A stretch of 64,000 bases of DNA. Origin: Trichoplax adhaerens. Lineage: Eukaryota > Animalia > Placozoa. Shown piece by piece: positions 27,534 to 41,614 of the stretch. The notes under the pieces were generated by a model that searched no databases, was not told where the DNA came from, and was given only the letters and a program-made list of their open reading frames with translations. The number at the start of each line of letters is the position of its first letter. Position 1 is the first letter of the stretch. A program made the translations under genes and the position numbers. The DNA is taken from assembly GCF_000150275.1 (NCBI RefSeq), contig NW_002060945.1:7693684-7757683 (forward strand). Reading direction: 5' to 3'.

Positions 27534-29380
27534 GATCGACTGCAGCGGCTATATAAATTATCCACAAGACGAAAGTAGTTGATAAATATTTTATTAGATA
27601 ACCTAAAAATGAAGTACTGAATACAATTTTAGATGTTTGCCGTTTGGGCCTTTGCCACGATAACACTGACGATGTACTTTATGTAAAAATCAATTTCTCT
27701 ATTCATAGATATCAAATATATTTGGTTTTGTTCAAATATGACGTTAAGATATCTCTGAATCTATTAAAGTAAATTCAAAACAACAGTACAAAGGAAATTA
27801 ATTCAACCTGTGATCTTCTATTTATTAGCTGAAAATATCTTCATCAATCAATTTCTTGGCGCCATTGAACCATGCAAGCATGATAATTACTAAAATTAGC
27901 ATATCACCTAATAGTAAAACTCTTTAATATCACGTCTGCCTCTATTCGTATTATTTCCGCCTTAATAGGAGAATACTTTGCATTTGCGTCGTAAAAACAC
28001 TGACAGGTCAGATAATGAATTACGATTGTTGATTCTTTACTGTATCGAGATACTTACTAAAGGCAACAGTTTCAACCTGTATAAAAATGCTTCTTGCATT
28101 TATTCTTTACATGACCTTACATTTCATTATCCGAATTTCTAACAAAGTAGTTTCCGTTGTATAAGATTTTGTCTTCTAAAGTAATAAATTAATATCATAT
28201 ACGCGTATATTCAATTTATGATTGACATAAGCAATCTTAGGTGTATTATTCTTTAGGATTTGAATATTTATGAATAGCTATAGGGATATCCTTAGTCTTT
28301 AAATAAATAGGTAGCCTAGCTAATAATTCTTTTATTATTTTATTCTGTAAAGAAAAATAGTGGATACTAAAGTAGGCGATTACAATAAAAAGTAATGGTT
28401 TCTTTCGATATTATAACTTAAGTCATGACATCATCCAATTACTGGAAGGCCTGATCGATGGTAGCATGGACTACTAGATATTATGGTATCTACTGTAGAA
28501 GTCTATGATTATAGTTACTTCTAATAAACCTATGCTAAGAAATTTAAAATTGTTTGTCTATACTGAATCACGAAATATTATCTCAATAAAGATTAAATTT
28601 TAAAATTCCCCTTCATTATTTTGTATTTTAATAAGTATTATAGCTTTAAAGTTAAAAATAACCAATTTGGATTGATTACAATAGATTTTACTTAGTATCT
28701 TGGTATCTTATTTACCAAACTAACTCTATTCGTGTTAGAATTTAATAGCATCAAGTACCATAGCTTTTAAGAATTATACATTGTAAGATTGTAATTCAAG
28801 TGATATATTTCGTTAATATAAAATTTACTGGTATAATGCAATTATGATAAAACTGGTAGCTAGTTTTGATTATAAAATATCGGAGTAGAAGTTATGTTAC
28901 TTTGCTTTCGAGTATAAAGTGAACTCGAGCGCTTTGATCTGGGTTCTAATTTAAGATTGTTGATCTGCCTTAATATTTTTTATAGTTATATGCTGTACAC
29001 TGTAGGAAGACAGAATTTATAGTTAAAATTACGCTTTCCATTCATTTAGTACCCGGTAATCGGGGAATTCAAGGTAAAATTTACGTTATCATATTTGCTT
29101 AATTACTATTTTACAATACTTTAGAGTGACAATCTGATAATCGGACGCCATTTATTGTACTTCAAGAGATATCGTAAAATGTACACTATAAAGCAATTCT
29201 ATCTATTTGATTAGTGGCTATACCCTTGTCGCTATTGGCCATTCTGTTAGCAATATACCTTTAAATCTTTCGTCAATTTATGTTGAAAATCAATTAGAAA
29301 TTAAGTTATCGACTTGTCCAAATTTGTACTCCATTTAGAGCTATAGACAAAATCAAAACATGTACCGTAGATCGTGGAAA

Positions 29381-29481
29381 TTAAAACAAATAGTCATTAC
29401 CTATCTGTTTAACGGTATCCTTGTTGATTGCTTTCATCATCAAACCATCACATTCTTCATCTGAATACAAATCAATTTGAT
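29381..29481 (-). pseudogene. Orphan copy of the putative TPR-gene terminal exon
   Basis: ttag|AT then QIDLYSDEECDGLMMKAINKDTVKQIGNDYLF*, homologous to 50845-50936; no TPR ORF upstream of it. Confidence 0.6.
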
Positions 29482-29884
29482 CTAATAGCGTAATGAAGAA
29501 ATAAAGGAGAATGTGATAGTCTGTATACTTTAGCATTACAGAAGCATATATTATAAACTGATAAAATACAGAATAATCTTCAAAAAGCTAGTCTTATTTT
29601 GATTGGATACATGCTAGTTCTTTAAATGTTATCAACAAAATTAAGTAATTTCTATAGTTCAGTTATCTTTTCAAATTGATATATAAAGAATGACAGCTTC
29701 CCTATATCTTACGATGTTAGGCATTAGTAATAGAGTAATGATACGTTAAGCCTATACATGACAGTATATTCGTATGGTTAAATAGATGAACTAAAAAGAA
29801 ATATTTTATTTGATAACTCAAGTATCTTTATAGGCAACTTTGTGCTATAAATAAATTAAATTAAATATATTTAAGAACAATAAA

Positions 29885-30240
29885 TAGAATAGTGCTATTT
29901 AATGTTGGTTCTCTTCCCTCATTTATTGAAGATTTTGAACTTGTAACAAACTACATTATCTAAACTGTTTTATCCAATCCAATAAATAAGAACTTGGGCT
30001 TCACTTTACTACTGAGTTCAGGATATTTTGCTTTAGATTTTTATTGCTATTTAATTATTACTCTCTACTAATCTAAAATTTGGTAATAAAGCTTTTTTTA
30101 TTCTCATATAGACGGAGATACTTATTTAGCAAGAATTGGATTGTTGGATTGGGTAAAATAGTTTAGATACTGTAGTTTGTTACAAATTTAAAATCTTGAA
30201 TGAAGAGGAAAGAGAACGAATATTAAATAGCTCTTTTCTA
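29885..30240. repeat. About 100-bp imperfect inverted repeat with about 155-bp spacer
   Basis: 29885-29985 is the reverse complement of 30141-30240 at roughly 85% identity by eye. Confidence 0.85.
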
Positions 30241-31398
30241 ATGCTGTCCTATTGTTGAGAATAGGATTCTATCTTTATAGTTTAATACAATCGCTGACCA
30301 ACATAGATTGAACTGATAATAAGCGATACAAGTATCGATTTTTGCAACAAGTAATTTAATACAGATATTAGATACTATTAGAATTTATTGTTTGATTTTC
30401 TACGTTATACGGTAAGTATATAGGAGAATAGAAATCCTAATAAATTCACTATATGAATTTCAAGTGTTGGCTTAGTTCTCTTCAAATTTATTATTCGAAC
30501 TTTCGAAATGGAAGAAAAATGTTCTTTATCCTAGGATAGTAACCATCTACTACTATCACCAAGTGATGCTATTCTCATATTAACTGTAGATAAATACAGT
30601 AATTCATTTATTTTCGAATCACAAACAATTGTGGTTAATGTAGAAGAAAAACGTAGTAGTGATACTTTACTGCCATTTCAAGCTTTTTTAATTTGAAAGA
30701 AGATCGCTTTAGAACCTTGGAAATATTTATAAATTATACACTGGTAATCTAATAAGTTAATATCACGATAATCTATTTAAGAATATCATTGAAAGCTTTC
30801 GTTATTCGACCGACAAAATGGCTAGTTATCTTTTCGGATCATTAGAATTCCATTCAATCCTAAGTACATCGCTACTGATAATAAATTAAGGTGATTGCGC
30901 TTATAAACTGTAAGCCAAATTTCTTCCGGTGTTCTATACTTATACTGTAAAGTACCAAACCAGTAAGCAATATTACACTAAGAAATAAAATTCATTAGAG
31001 TTCTTGAAGCTAATAGAGGTTGAAAATCTATTTCCCGAATCTTTGTCACCTACGCGTAAACAATATAAACCCATCCTATTCTACTGTATAGCACTTTACG
31101 ATTATTCTACCACAATTATTAAGTTTTGACTTGCCTGTAGGAAACTTAACATTAATTAAACAGTGATAAGTAACTAACACTGATGCTGCGATAATCTATA
31201 TACATAAAGTAAAAGGGTTTTTTTTGTAATACCATCACAGCCGAATGGAGAGTGGAAAGGAAAAACTATGGCCACCTACATAAATTAAATACAGAAATTT
31301 TTATTTTCAGTTATAAGCTTAAAGAGAACTAAATAAGCTTGGGCAGAAGTAGCGAAATAAAATTTAAAGTATACTCGTGCATTATTTCCGGGTAATAC

Positions 31399-31695
31399 TG
31401 CAATGTTTTGGAAGATTTAGAGTCCGTTATTATCACAATAAATTATAGGAGATAATTTAGTGAAGTATTAATCGTTGTTGGAGTCAGCGTGAGGAGAAAA
31501 ATCGTATGAGGTTATAATATATGTACGATATGACTAGTCGAATAGCTATGGTAAAGTAGAATCGGTAAAGCGTGCAAGTTTACCGTGTAGTAACAAAACT
31601 AATTAAAGAGATAAATGTACGAAGATAGCTTTTATAATATAAGAAGCGCAGCAGGAGGAAAATTATTTTTAAACACGAATGACTAATAAGAATAT
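31399..31695. mobile_element. Truncated copy of the 18663/34656 LTR-like family at an independent site
   Basis: Starts TGCAATGTTTTGGAAG; shares ggtaaagcgtgcaag.ttaccgtgta..gaagatagctt..aggaggaaa with 18830-18930; cut off at a hairpin. Confidence 0.65.
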
Positions 31696-31745
31696 AGGCA
31701 TTTTGCAAAATACCTAAAGGATTTCAGGTATTTTGCAAAATGCCT
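31696..31745. repeat. Perfect 20-bp inverted repeat (hairpin) with 10-nt loop
   Basis: aggcattttgcaaaatacct-N10-aggtattttgcaaaatgcct. Confidence 0.9.
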
Positions 31746-31768
31746 GATTTCGCAAATTGCCGTTGACT

Positions 31769-32288
31769 TATCGATGTGTATAGTTAACCAACGTAACTCA
31801 AATGATTCCATTTAGATAAATCTTGCCTAGATCATTTCAGATCTGTTACAATCCTACGTATGCTTTCTACTATAACACAATGATTTAAAAATCCAGTATT
31901 GACATAATCTAAAAATTATTTTAAAACTTTTTTAATCAAAGTATCATTAACAGCTATGTGGTATCTATTCCAACTAAATCAATCTAACCTATCTAAAGGT
32001 AGCTCAACTCAGTTTACTGGCAAAATAATTGCAGTCTTCTTAACATGCATTTGTATAACTCTAAGCCACGGGTAATATGGCAGTTAGCGATTATTTTGAG
32101 GTAATTGCAATTGATCTAAGAAGATAGTAGAGTTGATAAGTGCAGCTAAATATGATGTATAATGAAATGATTATATTCGATAATTCGTGAATGATATAAA
32201 AAGAAAAATATAGAATAGAAATCAATTCCAGCTAGACCATTGTAGCTTAAATATTACCTGTAGTTATAAATTGTCCACAGCACCTTTC
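31769..32288. repeat. About 520-bp dispersed direct duplicate of 54538-55057
   Basis: Collinear, above 90% identical by eye. Confidence 0.9.
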
Positions 32289-32295
32289 TAAATAA

Positions 32296-32810
32296 AACTG
32301 AAACATAGATCAACATCTTAATAGGTTTATCTTCTTGACCTGAACTAACACTTCCAAAATGGTCTTTCATTATTATACTAACTTGACGTAATTTTTTTGT
32401 CGCTCTGCAGTAGTATTAGCTAACAATAACAACCGACACTAAAAAGCCCATAAAGAAGGAATAGCAAGCAGCTAGTAGTGCTATGTGATGTCGACTATTT
32501 ACCTCCTAAGAATACATATAAGTAACTTCAAAAAACGAATCTGCTACCGTATCTGGTAGAATAGCCATTGGAAAACAGATTGAGAACATCCATAAGCTAA
32601 CCAATTGGATAAATGCTGTCCTACTTTTCAAAGTAGAGCTAGTTGAATAAATAATTAGCCTGTATCTATTCATCGGGATAAACGCTAACGTTAAAACATG
32701 CAATGAAACACATGCACACATGAATAAAGATTAAATAAACTGACATTCCATGATGTTGTTACATTCGATGTTAGCGAGCGATTATTAATAAGATCATGCC
32801 ATTCTTCCAT
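32296..32810 (-). pseudogene. GPCR pseudogene, copy 3
   Basis: ATG at 32810 (MEEWHDLINNRSLTSNVTTSW). TM1-TM2 deleted, DRY changed to NRY, internal stops, truncated in TM6 after KMLI next to the 520-bp duplicate. Confidence 0.88.
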
Positions 32811-34655
32811 ATCCGGTCGTAGCAGTTCTGTAACTTATCCAAAAGACAAATATATCTAGAAATACTTTATTTACTTGAAGATATTAAATGTATTGAATCG
32901 CTACTCGAATAAGACGCTATGATATCATGCAATCTATTAAAGCTAATGCAAAGCAACGGTATAAAGATAATTATTTTAGTCTTCAGTCTTCTATTTATAA
33001 GCTATGAATACCTCTGTCAATCAATATGCTGACACTTTCAAACTATACAGGCATGACAATTACTGACCTTTGTTCTATCACGTAATAATAGATTTCTTTA
33101 ATATTATGTCTACCTCAACTCATATTACCTTCGCCACAGGAGAAAATTTTATAATTGCCTCGTGAAAACATTGACAAGATCAGATAACAAATAAAATTAT
33201 TGATTCTTTACTGTATAGAGGTACATACTAAGGAAAATAGTGTTAACCTATATAACAACGTTCCTTACATTTATTCTTTACATGACCTTGTATATTATTA
33301 TCCGCAATTTAAAAAAAAACAGTTTTTGTTGTACAAAATTCTGTCTAATAAAGTAATTATTAATACCACAAACATCGATAATCAATTTATCATAAATGTG
33401 TGCTAGACAGAGGCATTATTGTTCTTTAAGATTTGAACAGTCACGAAAAGCAAAAGACTCACACTTTGTCATGGAAAAAAAGGATAACTTACAGTAACTA
33501 ATAATTCATTTATTATTTTATTATGCAGTATTAAAGAAAAATAGAATAATACAGAAATACAGAATAGTCTTAAATTTGAAGACTATATAGTAGATTCTCA
33601 CGGTAGAATGGATGAATTACGAGGAATTGTTTTACTTGATAACTTAAGTATTACTAAAGGCAACTTTGTTGCCATTCGTCGTGATAGGAGAAGCGTGACA
33701 CCCTGGCAATTCAATTTAAGTCAATACCATAATAATCTACCTAGAAATATCATTGAAATCTTTATTCTTTCGGCTGAAAAATGAGCCAGTTACTTTATTT
33801 GGTTTATTAAGATTCGATTCAATCCTCATTACACCGCTACTGATAATAGTCTATAGTAATTACGCTAATAAACTGTAAGCCAAATTTCTTCCGATATTCT
33901 ATACTTATAGAGTATCGTTTCAGTAAGCAATATTATATTAAGAAATAAAATTTATTAGAGTTCTTCACGCTAATAGAGCTCAAAAACATTTTCCTTAATC
34001 TTTATCACCTATTTCAACCCATCTTATTCTACTTTACAATATAGCGCTTTGCGATTATTCTGCCAGAATTCGAGAATTCTTACTCGCTTATTAGAAACTT
34101 AACCTTAAAGAGTGATTACCAATTGACTCTGATATTACGACAATAATAAATAACATGCGAACAATAATATGACTACGAAGTCAATAATGTGCTACATTAT
34201 ACAATATTAAAGGAACACAATTCTTTGATATTTTTCTTGAGGTATAGGAACAAGAAAATTCAAAAAAATTTATATTAGAGTCGTAATTTCATTAGATAAG
34301 TAAATTGTTAGCTACAACATAATACAAATTAGCTAACCACATACATCGAAGAATTGACCAAGGTATTAAATTAACTGTGATATATCATACTATAAATATA
34401 CATAATTACCTTAACTTTGCGATACTACTGCTACACTAAAAAGACGAAAATTTACCAATTAATTATAATAATACCATTTTACTATGGTTCAGTAATAAGA
34501 AAAAACGAATAATTTTTTACCTTTTTAAGTTTAATAGTCAGTTATTAAAATTTGAAGTAGTAGGCGAGCTTCAGATGAACTAGATAAATTTCACAAAATA
34601 TAAGCAACTTAAATCACTAGCGTGCTCTGATTAGCACATATTCTTGCAATATCTC

Positions 34656-35109
34656 TGTGATGTTTCGGAAAGTTGAGAGTTCGGCATTAGTCGCAATAAA
34701 GTACAATAGAATAGTTAACGGAAGAGTTATCTTTATTGAACTAGTGTAAGAGAATAATCGTGTAAGATTATCGTGTAAGATTATCGTGCGAGTAACGACG
34801 TAACTAGTCGAATAATTATAGTCCTGTAGAATAGGTAAAGCGTGCAAGCTTACCGTGTAACTACCAGAACTAACTAATGAGGGCAAAAGAAGATAGCTTA
34901 TATAATGTTAAGAGCACAGTAGGAGGAAATTACTTATAGACGCGGATGATTCATAATAATATATTACTTCTACGTAAGGGTAATGCTACGGTATAATCTA
35001 GCTAGAGTCCAAGAAACTTCCTCAGTGTAAATTATTAAATATAAGTTAAGTATATTTAGAGTTATGTTATAGTCTAGTAGAAATTAACGTTTCACTAAAA
35101 ATCACTATA
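34656..35109. mobile_element. Shorter LTR-like element at the site equivalent to 18663-20168
   Basis: TGTGATG...CACTATA, TSD ATCTC/GTCTC; lacks the segment 19039-20075. Confidence 0.7.
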
Positions 35110-35250
35110 GTCTCTCTTCTTAACTAAGTAACTAACCAAGTTACCAAACATAGTGGAGATAGATAATGAGAAAAACCAAGCAAAATTGTGATTATGCCCA
35201 AGCTTAAGTAAGACTGAAATCGTAGAAGAGTAAACCAAGGAAAAACAAAT

Positions 35251-36249
35251 TCAATCAGATTGATTAGTATGTCTGTTTCGAACACAAAGATATTTATAAA
35301 TCATGTTTTTCTTGGTGAGATAAATAACTGGATTATGTAAAGGGGCAAGAAATATAAGCAAGTTTGGTAAAGTATTTAGAATCATCATCTATTCGTGATC
35401 ATAATTTGTTATGTTTGCTCCATTAGCATTCAAGTAAATAGTGTTTACTAATGTAATGGATACGGGTACACCCATTATAAAAAATAAGACTGAAACACAG
35501 ATTAACATCCTAATAGCTTTATCTTTGTGTCGTGAATTAGTATGACCAAAACGTTCTTTCGTTATTGCACTAACTTGACGTAATTTTTTTATCACTCTGA
35601 AGTGGTAATAGGCAATAACAGTTCCTGGCAGTAAAAAAATTATTAAAAAGAAATAACAAGTACCCAGTAATTGTATTTGATGTCGACCATTTACTTCCCA
35701 AGAATGTATACAAATAAATTTAAAACGTGAATCTGCTATCACATCTGTTAGAGTAACTGCTGGAAAACAAACTGATAATACCAATATGCTAGCCAATTGA
35801 ATATATGCTGTCCTACTTTTCAAAGCAGGTCTAGTTGGATAAAGAATTAGTCTGTATCTATCCTTCGCGATCAACACTAACGTTAAAACATGTAATGAAG
35901 AGCATACATACAGCAAGAATGTTGATACTCTACATACGGGTGTCATAATTTGCTCAGGCCAGCCTAATGAATAAGTCTTAAATACAATGATACAGTACGC
36001 AGAAAATACTAAGCAAATAAACAAATCGCAAACTGTTAGGTGTAGAAAGAAGATATCTGAAGAAAATTTTATCTTATCGATTTTGACCATCATAAAAAGA
36101 ATTATAAGATTTAAGATAAATCCTATCATGAAAATAAGTAATATTATCACCCCAATATACCAATAACGATTAAACACAGAGGCAATCCATGATGTTGTTG
36201 CATTCAATATTAGCGAATGGTTATTACTAGCACCATTAAATACTTCCAT
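35251..36249 (-). pseudogene. GPCR copy 4, near-identical to copy 1, with a nonsense codon before TM7
   Basis: CAG to TAG at 35389-35391 (Q287*). The frame continues intact through HNPVIY to the ancestral TGA at 35251-35253. Confidence 0.85.
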
Positions 36250-38795
36250 AATCGGCTGGCGTAGTTATATAACTTATCGTCACGACGAAAATGTTAGATA
36301 ATATTTTTATTAGATGCCCTTAAAATGAAGTACTGAATACAATTTTTGGACCTTTGTTGTCGCAATACTGACGATGTATTTCATGTAAAATGCAATTTTC
36401 TAACTTGAAGATTTTAAATATATTCACAGTAATCATTGCTCGAATAGGACGTTATGAGATCTTGCAGTCTATTGAATTATAAAACAATTATGCAAAGATA
36501 ATTATTTCAGTCTTCTATCTTCTATTCATTAGCTATGAGTACTTCTGTCAATAGTGTTATTGGTGCTTTTAAACTATGGAGGCCTGACAATTACTGACAT
36601 TAATTTTATCATGGATTAATAAAGTTCTTTAATGTCATGTCCACCTCCGTTTATAGAGTATTATCTTCCGTCATCAGAAAAAGCTTTATTATTATTTCGT
36701 AAAAAAATTGGCAGGATCAGATTAAAATTGTAATTATAATTATATTTTTGGTCCATTACGACATAGAGATACTCACTAAGGGAAAAAGTATCAATCTATA
36801 CAAAAATACTTCTCATATGTATTCGTTACATAATTTTATATATCGCAATCCCAATCTCAAATAAAATAGTGTTCGTTGCACAAAATTCTGCTAAATAAAG
36901 TAATCAATTAATATTACATACAGTTACACACCTGTATTCAATTTCTCATGAGCATAAATTTAAACAGAGTAATTATTTTGTGAGACTTGAATATTTATGA
37001 AAAGCAGTAGATCCTACATTTATTCATTCAATACGTAGATAAGTTACTGTAAAAGAATAACTTTTACATAGCTATCGTAATATAGTTTCTATTAGAAAAC
37101 TTATCTATGAATGTGCTTATAGTAATTTATCTATGGCGTTTTACATATTTTAAAATGATAAGTACATACTTGTATAATATTATCCACCAACTGATAATTA
37201 ATGCTTTTGTCGATTTACTATAAATTAACTGACTTTTCAATAAAGTTTAGGCTCAGTTCGTCTAAGAAAGACTAGCGATGTTTACTGTTCCTCCTGACGA
37301 TAATAGATCGTCAGTATTTAGATTTATAACGTAGATAATTATTATGGGGAGTTATTTGCAAGTCTATACAGCTACTATTAGCCTCCGATAGTGGCATTGA
37401 AAACTTCATCAAGATAAAAACTCTCGGTATCTTCCTTATTATAATCAATAACCTACAAATTATTAAAGAGACAGTACAAGGATTAAAACTGAAATAGTTT
37501 AGTTTAGAATTACAGAAGCAATAAAATACAGAATAGTTTTAACATTAAAGATTAGTGTTACTTTGATTAGATGCCTGTTACTAGTTTAAATATTCATCGC
37601 AAAATAAAGCATTTAGTGTTATTTAATTATCTTTTCAAATCGATATAACAGAACAGCAGCTTTCTTATAACTTACTATGTTGGATATTTTATTAGTAGAG
37701 TAATGATACCTTACAATATTGAGTAGATTCATACGGTAAAATAGATAAACTACGAGGAATTGTTTTATTTGATAACTCAAGTATTATTGTAGGCAACTTT
37801 GTTGCTAAGAGTAAATTGAATCAAGTATATTTAAGAACAGTAAATAGGAACTTTGGCTTGACTTCATTTTGAGCTCAAGATGTTTTACTTTAGATTTTTA
37901 TTTCTATTTAATTATCACTCTACCAATTAATTATGCAATAAAAAGGTTTTTTCCAAATTCTATCTTGACTAAGATAATTATATTGTAACAATTACCATAA
38001 ACTGTTCGATTGATAAAAGAGTTTAGATGACTTTGTTTCAATTTCGGAAATTTCAATTAAAGAGAGGAAAGGGAACTATTTATGAACAGCGCTATTTTAT
38101 TCTAATACTATTGTTAAAGGCAGGATTCTTTAAAGTTTAATACAATCGCCGATCAACTTAGATTGTACTGATATACTAATAAATTATTGTAGCCCGGATT
38201 GAATTATCTTACTCAGTGAGTAAGTTACCTAAAGCATCATGAGCGAAGAAATATACTAGCCAATTTACCATATCAGCTTCAAGTGTTGGCTTAGTTCTCT
38301 TTAAATTTATGCTCCAAACTTTCGAAATGAAACAAAGTTAAAAAAGAAAATTAATTGCTGGATTTGAATTTAAAATAGCTTCATATAATTTATGTCCATG
38401 TTAACATCCACACTAACTCTAGGAAAATAATTCATTCATTCATTTCTCTAATCACGAACATCTGTGGTATATGTGATAGAAAAATGCAGAAGTAGTACTC
38501 TATAGCTATTTTTTCATTTTAATTCTTAATTTGAAAGACCTCGTTAGAACCTTGAAAATTTTTGATTAGTTTTGCATTGGTAATCCAGTTTAAGTTAATA
38601 CTGCCATAATCTATCTAGGGATATCACTGTTAGCTTTCCTCATTCAACTGAAAAAATGGCTAATTATCTTAGTGCATTTGGTTCATTAAAATTTTTTTTA
38701 ATACCGCATGCATCACTACCGATAATATTCTATGGCAATTGCACTAATAAACTATGCACTAAATTTCTTCTGATATTCTATACTTATAATATATC

Positions 38796-39274
38796 TGTGA
38801 TAAAGTATCTTCTCAAAAATACAACACGAACTACAGTTTCTTGTAAACTTCACTTTATTCATAAGATTAGGTTCGTCTCATTATTCTCATGTCTACCAAG
38901 GACTATCTGAACTATCACAGCAATATTCACAATTTATATACAATTAGTTACACAATGATTTTCTTTTAAGCACAATCATATCTTACCAATTAACTTACAA
39001 GTTCACATCTAAATTTACCATCACGCTATCAATTCATAATTCGCGCTTCTAATTAAAGCGTCACAATACAAATCTAACAGTACTAACATAATTAGCGCTA
39101 TCTATTATTATCTCAGAATCTTAATATATGCATCTCAACACAATTACTACAATACATTCCGTAAACATCTTTCACAATTAGAAACTTATGCAGTCTTACA
39201 ACCTAGCGTACGATTTATCAATTCTCGCATTATTCCATAATTTTAATCTTAAGCTTATTTGGGGCTTCACTTTA
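38796..39274. mobile_element. Degenerate solo LTR-like insertion, about 480 bp
   Basis: TGTGAT start, imperfect TSD ATATC/GTATC; empty sites near 33905 and 30945. Confidence 0.55.
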
Positions 39275-41614
39275 GTATCGTACCAGTTAGCAATATCGGA
39301 TTAAGTAATATAATTTATTAAAGTTCAAAAATCATTTTTCCCTAATATTTGTCACGTATTTAAACCCATCACATTCTGCTATGCAGTATAACGCTTTACG
39401 ACTACTCTGCTTGAATTTAAAAGTTTTGACTTGCCTATAGGAAATTTGACATTAAACAGTAATAAACAATTGGCACTATTACTACGATAATAAGAAATGA
39501 TACGTATGAAGTAATAATAATATCACTTTAAGCTTGATCTACTCCAATGGTGATTTGGGTTCTAATTTAAGATTGGTAGTTTATGTTATTGTTTTTTATA
39601 ATTTATACGAGTGTGTTACATGCCGTAAAAAGATACAATTTATAGCTAAACTACGATTATTATTTATTTATTTCGTGATTTCAGGAATCTAGGGTAGAAT
39701 TAATTGTATCCTATTTGATTAGTTGCTAGTTTAATAATTGATATAGCGTGATAATTTGATGGTCTGAAATTATCAACTATTCTGCATAGCATATAAAAGG
39801 TGACGTGGTTGAGTAGTTGAATAGTTGAAGTTAGAGAAGTAAAGAAGATAGAGATTTCGATATTCCTGAAAATCGTGAGCAATTTCATTTCTTAGATAGT
39901 TTACTTAGTCAAGGCACTACCGCCCTTTTGTAAATCTTTTGAGGGGTTTTGAAAAAATTATTAAAAATTATAATGAGCAGGCATTTTCCCGTAAACTGAG
40001 TTTGAATTGAAATTCAAAATTGTCAGTATCAATAATTTTACGGCCATTATTACTTCTATTCAATAAAGTAATTGTACATGAAGACTAGTATGACGAGACG
40101 AGTATTTTTATGTAAGGAGCATGTTATTCATTCTTTGCAGTTTAATGCTAGCCAAAATTGTATAGCCGCTAACGTTAAATATTGATGATAATTAAGTAAA
40201 CAGACCTTTTTAATAATGATAACATCGCTCTGTCAAGTAGCTTAAAAAAATTAAATTAGCTTGTACAGAAGTTTTGGAGTACAATAACAATCATGATATG
40301 AGCTTGTTAAATGACTTAAAATTGCCACCAAAGATAAATTACGTAATTATGCATCATATAGTGTAAAACTGAATGTTTCAATCTGGCTTCTAATTTAAGA
40401 ATAGTAGTCTATTTTAATGTTTTTTTTATTTATATACTTTATACCTTAAAAAGGTAAATTTATAAATAAACAACGATCATTATTCATTTAGTGATTTCGA
40501 GAATCTAGGGTAGTATTTATCTTAAGCTATGTGATTCATTGCTAGTTTAATTTAGAATGATGATATGATAGTCTGATACCACCAACAACTCTGCTTAGCA
40601 TATAAAAGGTGGTGTAGTTGAGCAGTTGAGTAGTTCAAGTTAATGAAGTAAAGATAAAGATCTAGATATTCCTAAAAATAACAACAATAGGTAAACGATC
40701 CTTATAAATAGTGACAAGATTACTCCTTCAATAAGCCTAAAGAAAATTAGAACAAAAGTAGCGTAATAAAATTTGCAGTATACTCGTATATCCGGATAGT
40801 ACCATATCGTCTTCTTAATTAACTTCTTGAGCCACTATTTGTAAAGTAATTTTGAAGAAGGCCGCTAGAGCTTAAGTACTTCACCTGTACTAACTTTATT
40901 TTTAGCATTTGTAAAATTTATAATTGCGAAACAAAGAGACTAATGTTTCATAACGTAATTCGGAAAATTGTAACTACCAACCTATAGTGACAATAGTAAG
41001 GCCACATAATCAGTAATATGGTACATAACACAGTATCAAAAAATGCAGTTCTTTGATGCCTTTATAAAAGTACAGAAAATAAGAAAATTCAAATAAAACA
41101 TACATCAGAGTTGTGATTTTACGAAATGAATAAATTGTTGGCAAGAACATAATACAAATTAGTTACTGGTATACATTAGAAAATTGATTATGGCATCGAA
41201 TCAACTGTGATATAAGATACCCTAAATGCGCATAGTTACCTTTATTTTGTGATGCTACTGTTGCTTTGAAATAACGAAAATTCACTGGTTAATTATTATA
41301 ATACCATGTTACTATGGCAAAGTAATAAGACACAACAAATAGTCTGTACTTTTTAAGTTAAAAATTCAGTTGCTAAGATTTAAAATAGTAAGTGAGCTTC
41401 ATGTGAACTCAGTAAATTCCACGAAATATAATTAACTTGAGTCGTTAGTGTACTCTGATTAGCATAGATTCTTACAATATCTCTCTTCTTAACTAAATCA
41501 ATAGCCAAATTACATCGAGGAGATAGATTGTGAAGAAAATCAAGTAAAAATGAAAACAAGTGAAAGCTAGCTTATGATTGAAATCGTAGAAACGGAAAAC
41601 CAAGGAGAAACACT

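Larger units (their letters stand above)
34161..37338. repeat. Recent segmental duplicate of about 18168-22393 (GPCR copy 1 block)
   Basis: Near-identical CDS and 3' flank; shares the LTR insertion site. Confidence 0.9.
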
